Of a DNA stretch of 64,000 nt, positions 63,776 to 64,000 are shown piece after piece. The notes below the pieces were generated by a model, which searched no databases, was not told where the DNA came from, and saw nothing but the letters and a program-made list of their open reading frames with translations. Made by a program: the position numbers and the translations under genes. How positions within the stretch are numbered: position 1 is the first letter of the stretch; every line of letters begins with the position of its first letter. This stretch comes from Piromyces finnis finn (taxonomy: Eukaryota > Fungi > Neocallimastigomycota), in contig MCFH01000043.1 in the NCBI GenBank assembly GCA_002104945.1, positions 372,001-436,000 on the forward strand. Reading direction: 5' to 3'.

Positions 63776-63899
63776 TTAAAAGCCTTCTCTCTTTGAGAAA
63801 ACATCTTCCCATTGAATATAGAAATCGCATGGAACCATAGCAACAATTTGAAGAAGAGACATAGCATATTGAGTAGCCATCATTTCTCTTAGTTCTTGA
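63776..63899 (-). CDS. Terminal exon of an unidentified gene extending beyond the window
   Basis: tattAG acceptor, then a phase-2 exon reading QELREMMATQYAMSLLQIVAMVPCDFYIQWEDVFSKREGF-stop. Codon-like, GC-richer composition. Family not recognised. Confidence 0.6.
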
Positions 63900-64000
63900 C
63901 TAATATTTAATATATATATATAATATATAGATTAATTAATCTTTTGACTTTTTTTTTGTAAACTTTAATAACTTTTATTTTCCTGAAAAAAAAAAAAAAA

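Overview
Extremely AT-rich eukaryotic DNA with GT-AG introns, long homopolymers and (AAT)n arrays. Paired non-catalytic fungal dockerin domains on two CAZymes point to an anaerobic gut fungus (Neocallimastigomycota). I reconstructed exon structures by hand; every multi-exon model sums to a whole number of codons. In order the window holds: an ankyrin-repeat protein, a 3xCBM18-CE4 chitin/polysaccharide deacetylase, an intron-containing tRNA-Ile(UAU), a Kin4/Ppk1-family kinase, a 12-kb gene-poor block with decayed transposon-like relics and minisatellites, a 15-repeat Sel1-like protein, a membrane-anchored alpha/beta-hydrolase, a full-length ABCA transporter, a divergent pair of dockerin-bearing enzymes (GH45 endoglucanase, GH11 xylanase), an LRR protein, a three-doublecortin-domain protein, MAD1, and the last exon of a gene running off the window. 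I cannot prove a wholly new multi-gene system. The best leads, none visible in the ORF track, are: (1) a GH45 carrying two dockerins, an atypical CBM1 and a CBM10/dockerin-like module, head-to-head with a GH11; (2) a predicted hidden 36-nt last exon giving the kinase a polybasic-FRKFFGC tail after a roughly 400-aa acidic spacer; (3) a tri-DCX protein next to MAD1; (4) an LRR array built one 69-nt exon per repeat; (5) a repeated acidic/hydrophobic linear motif on the hydrolase N-terminus.
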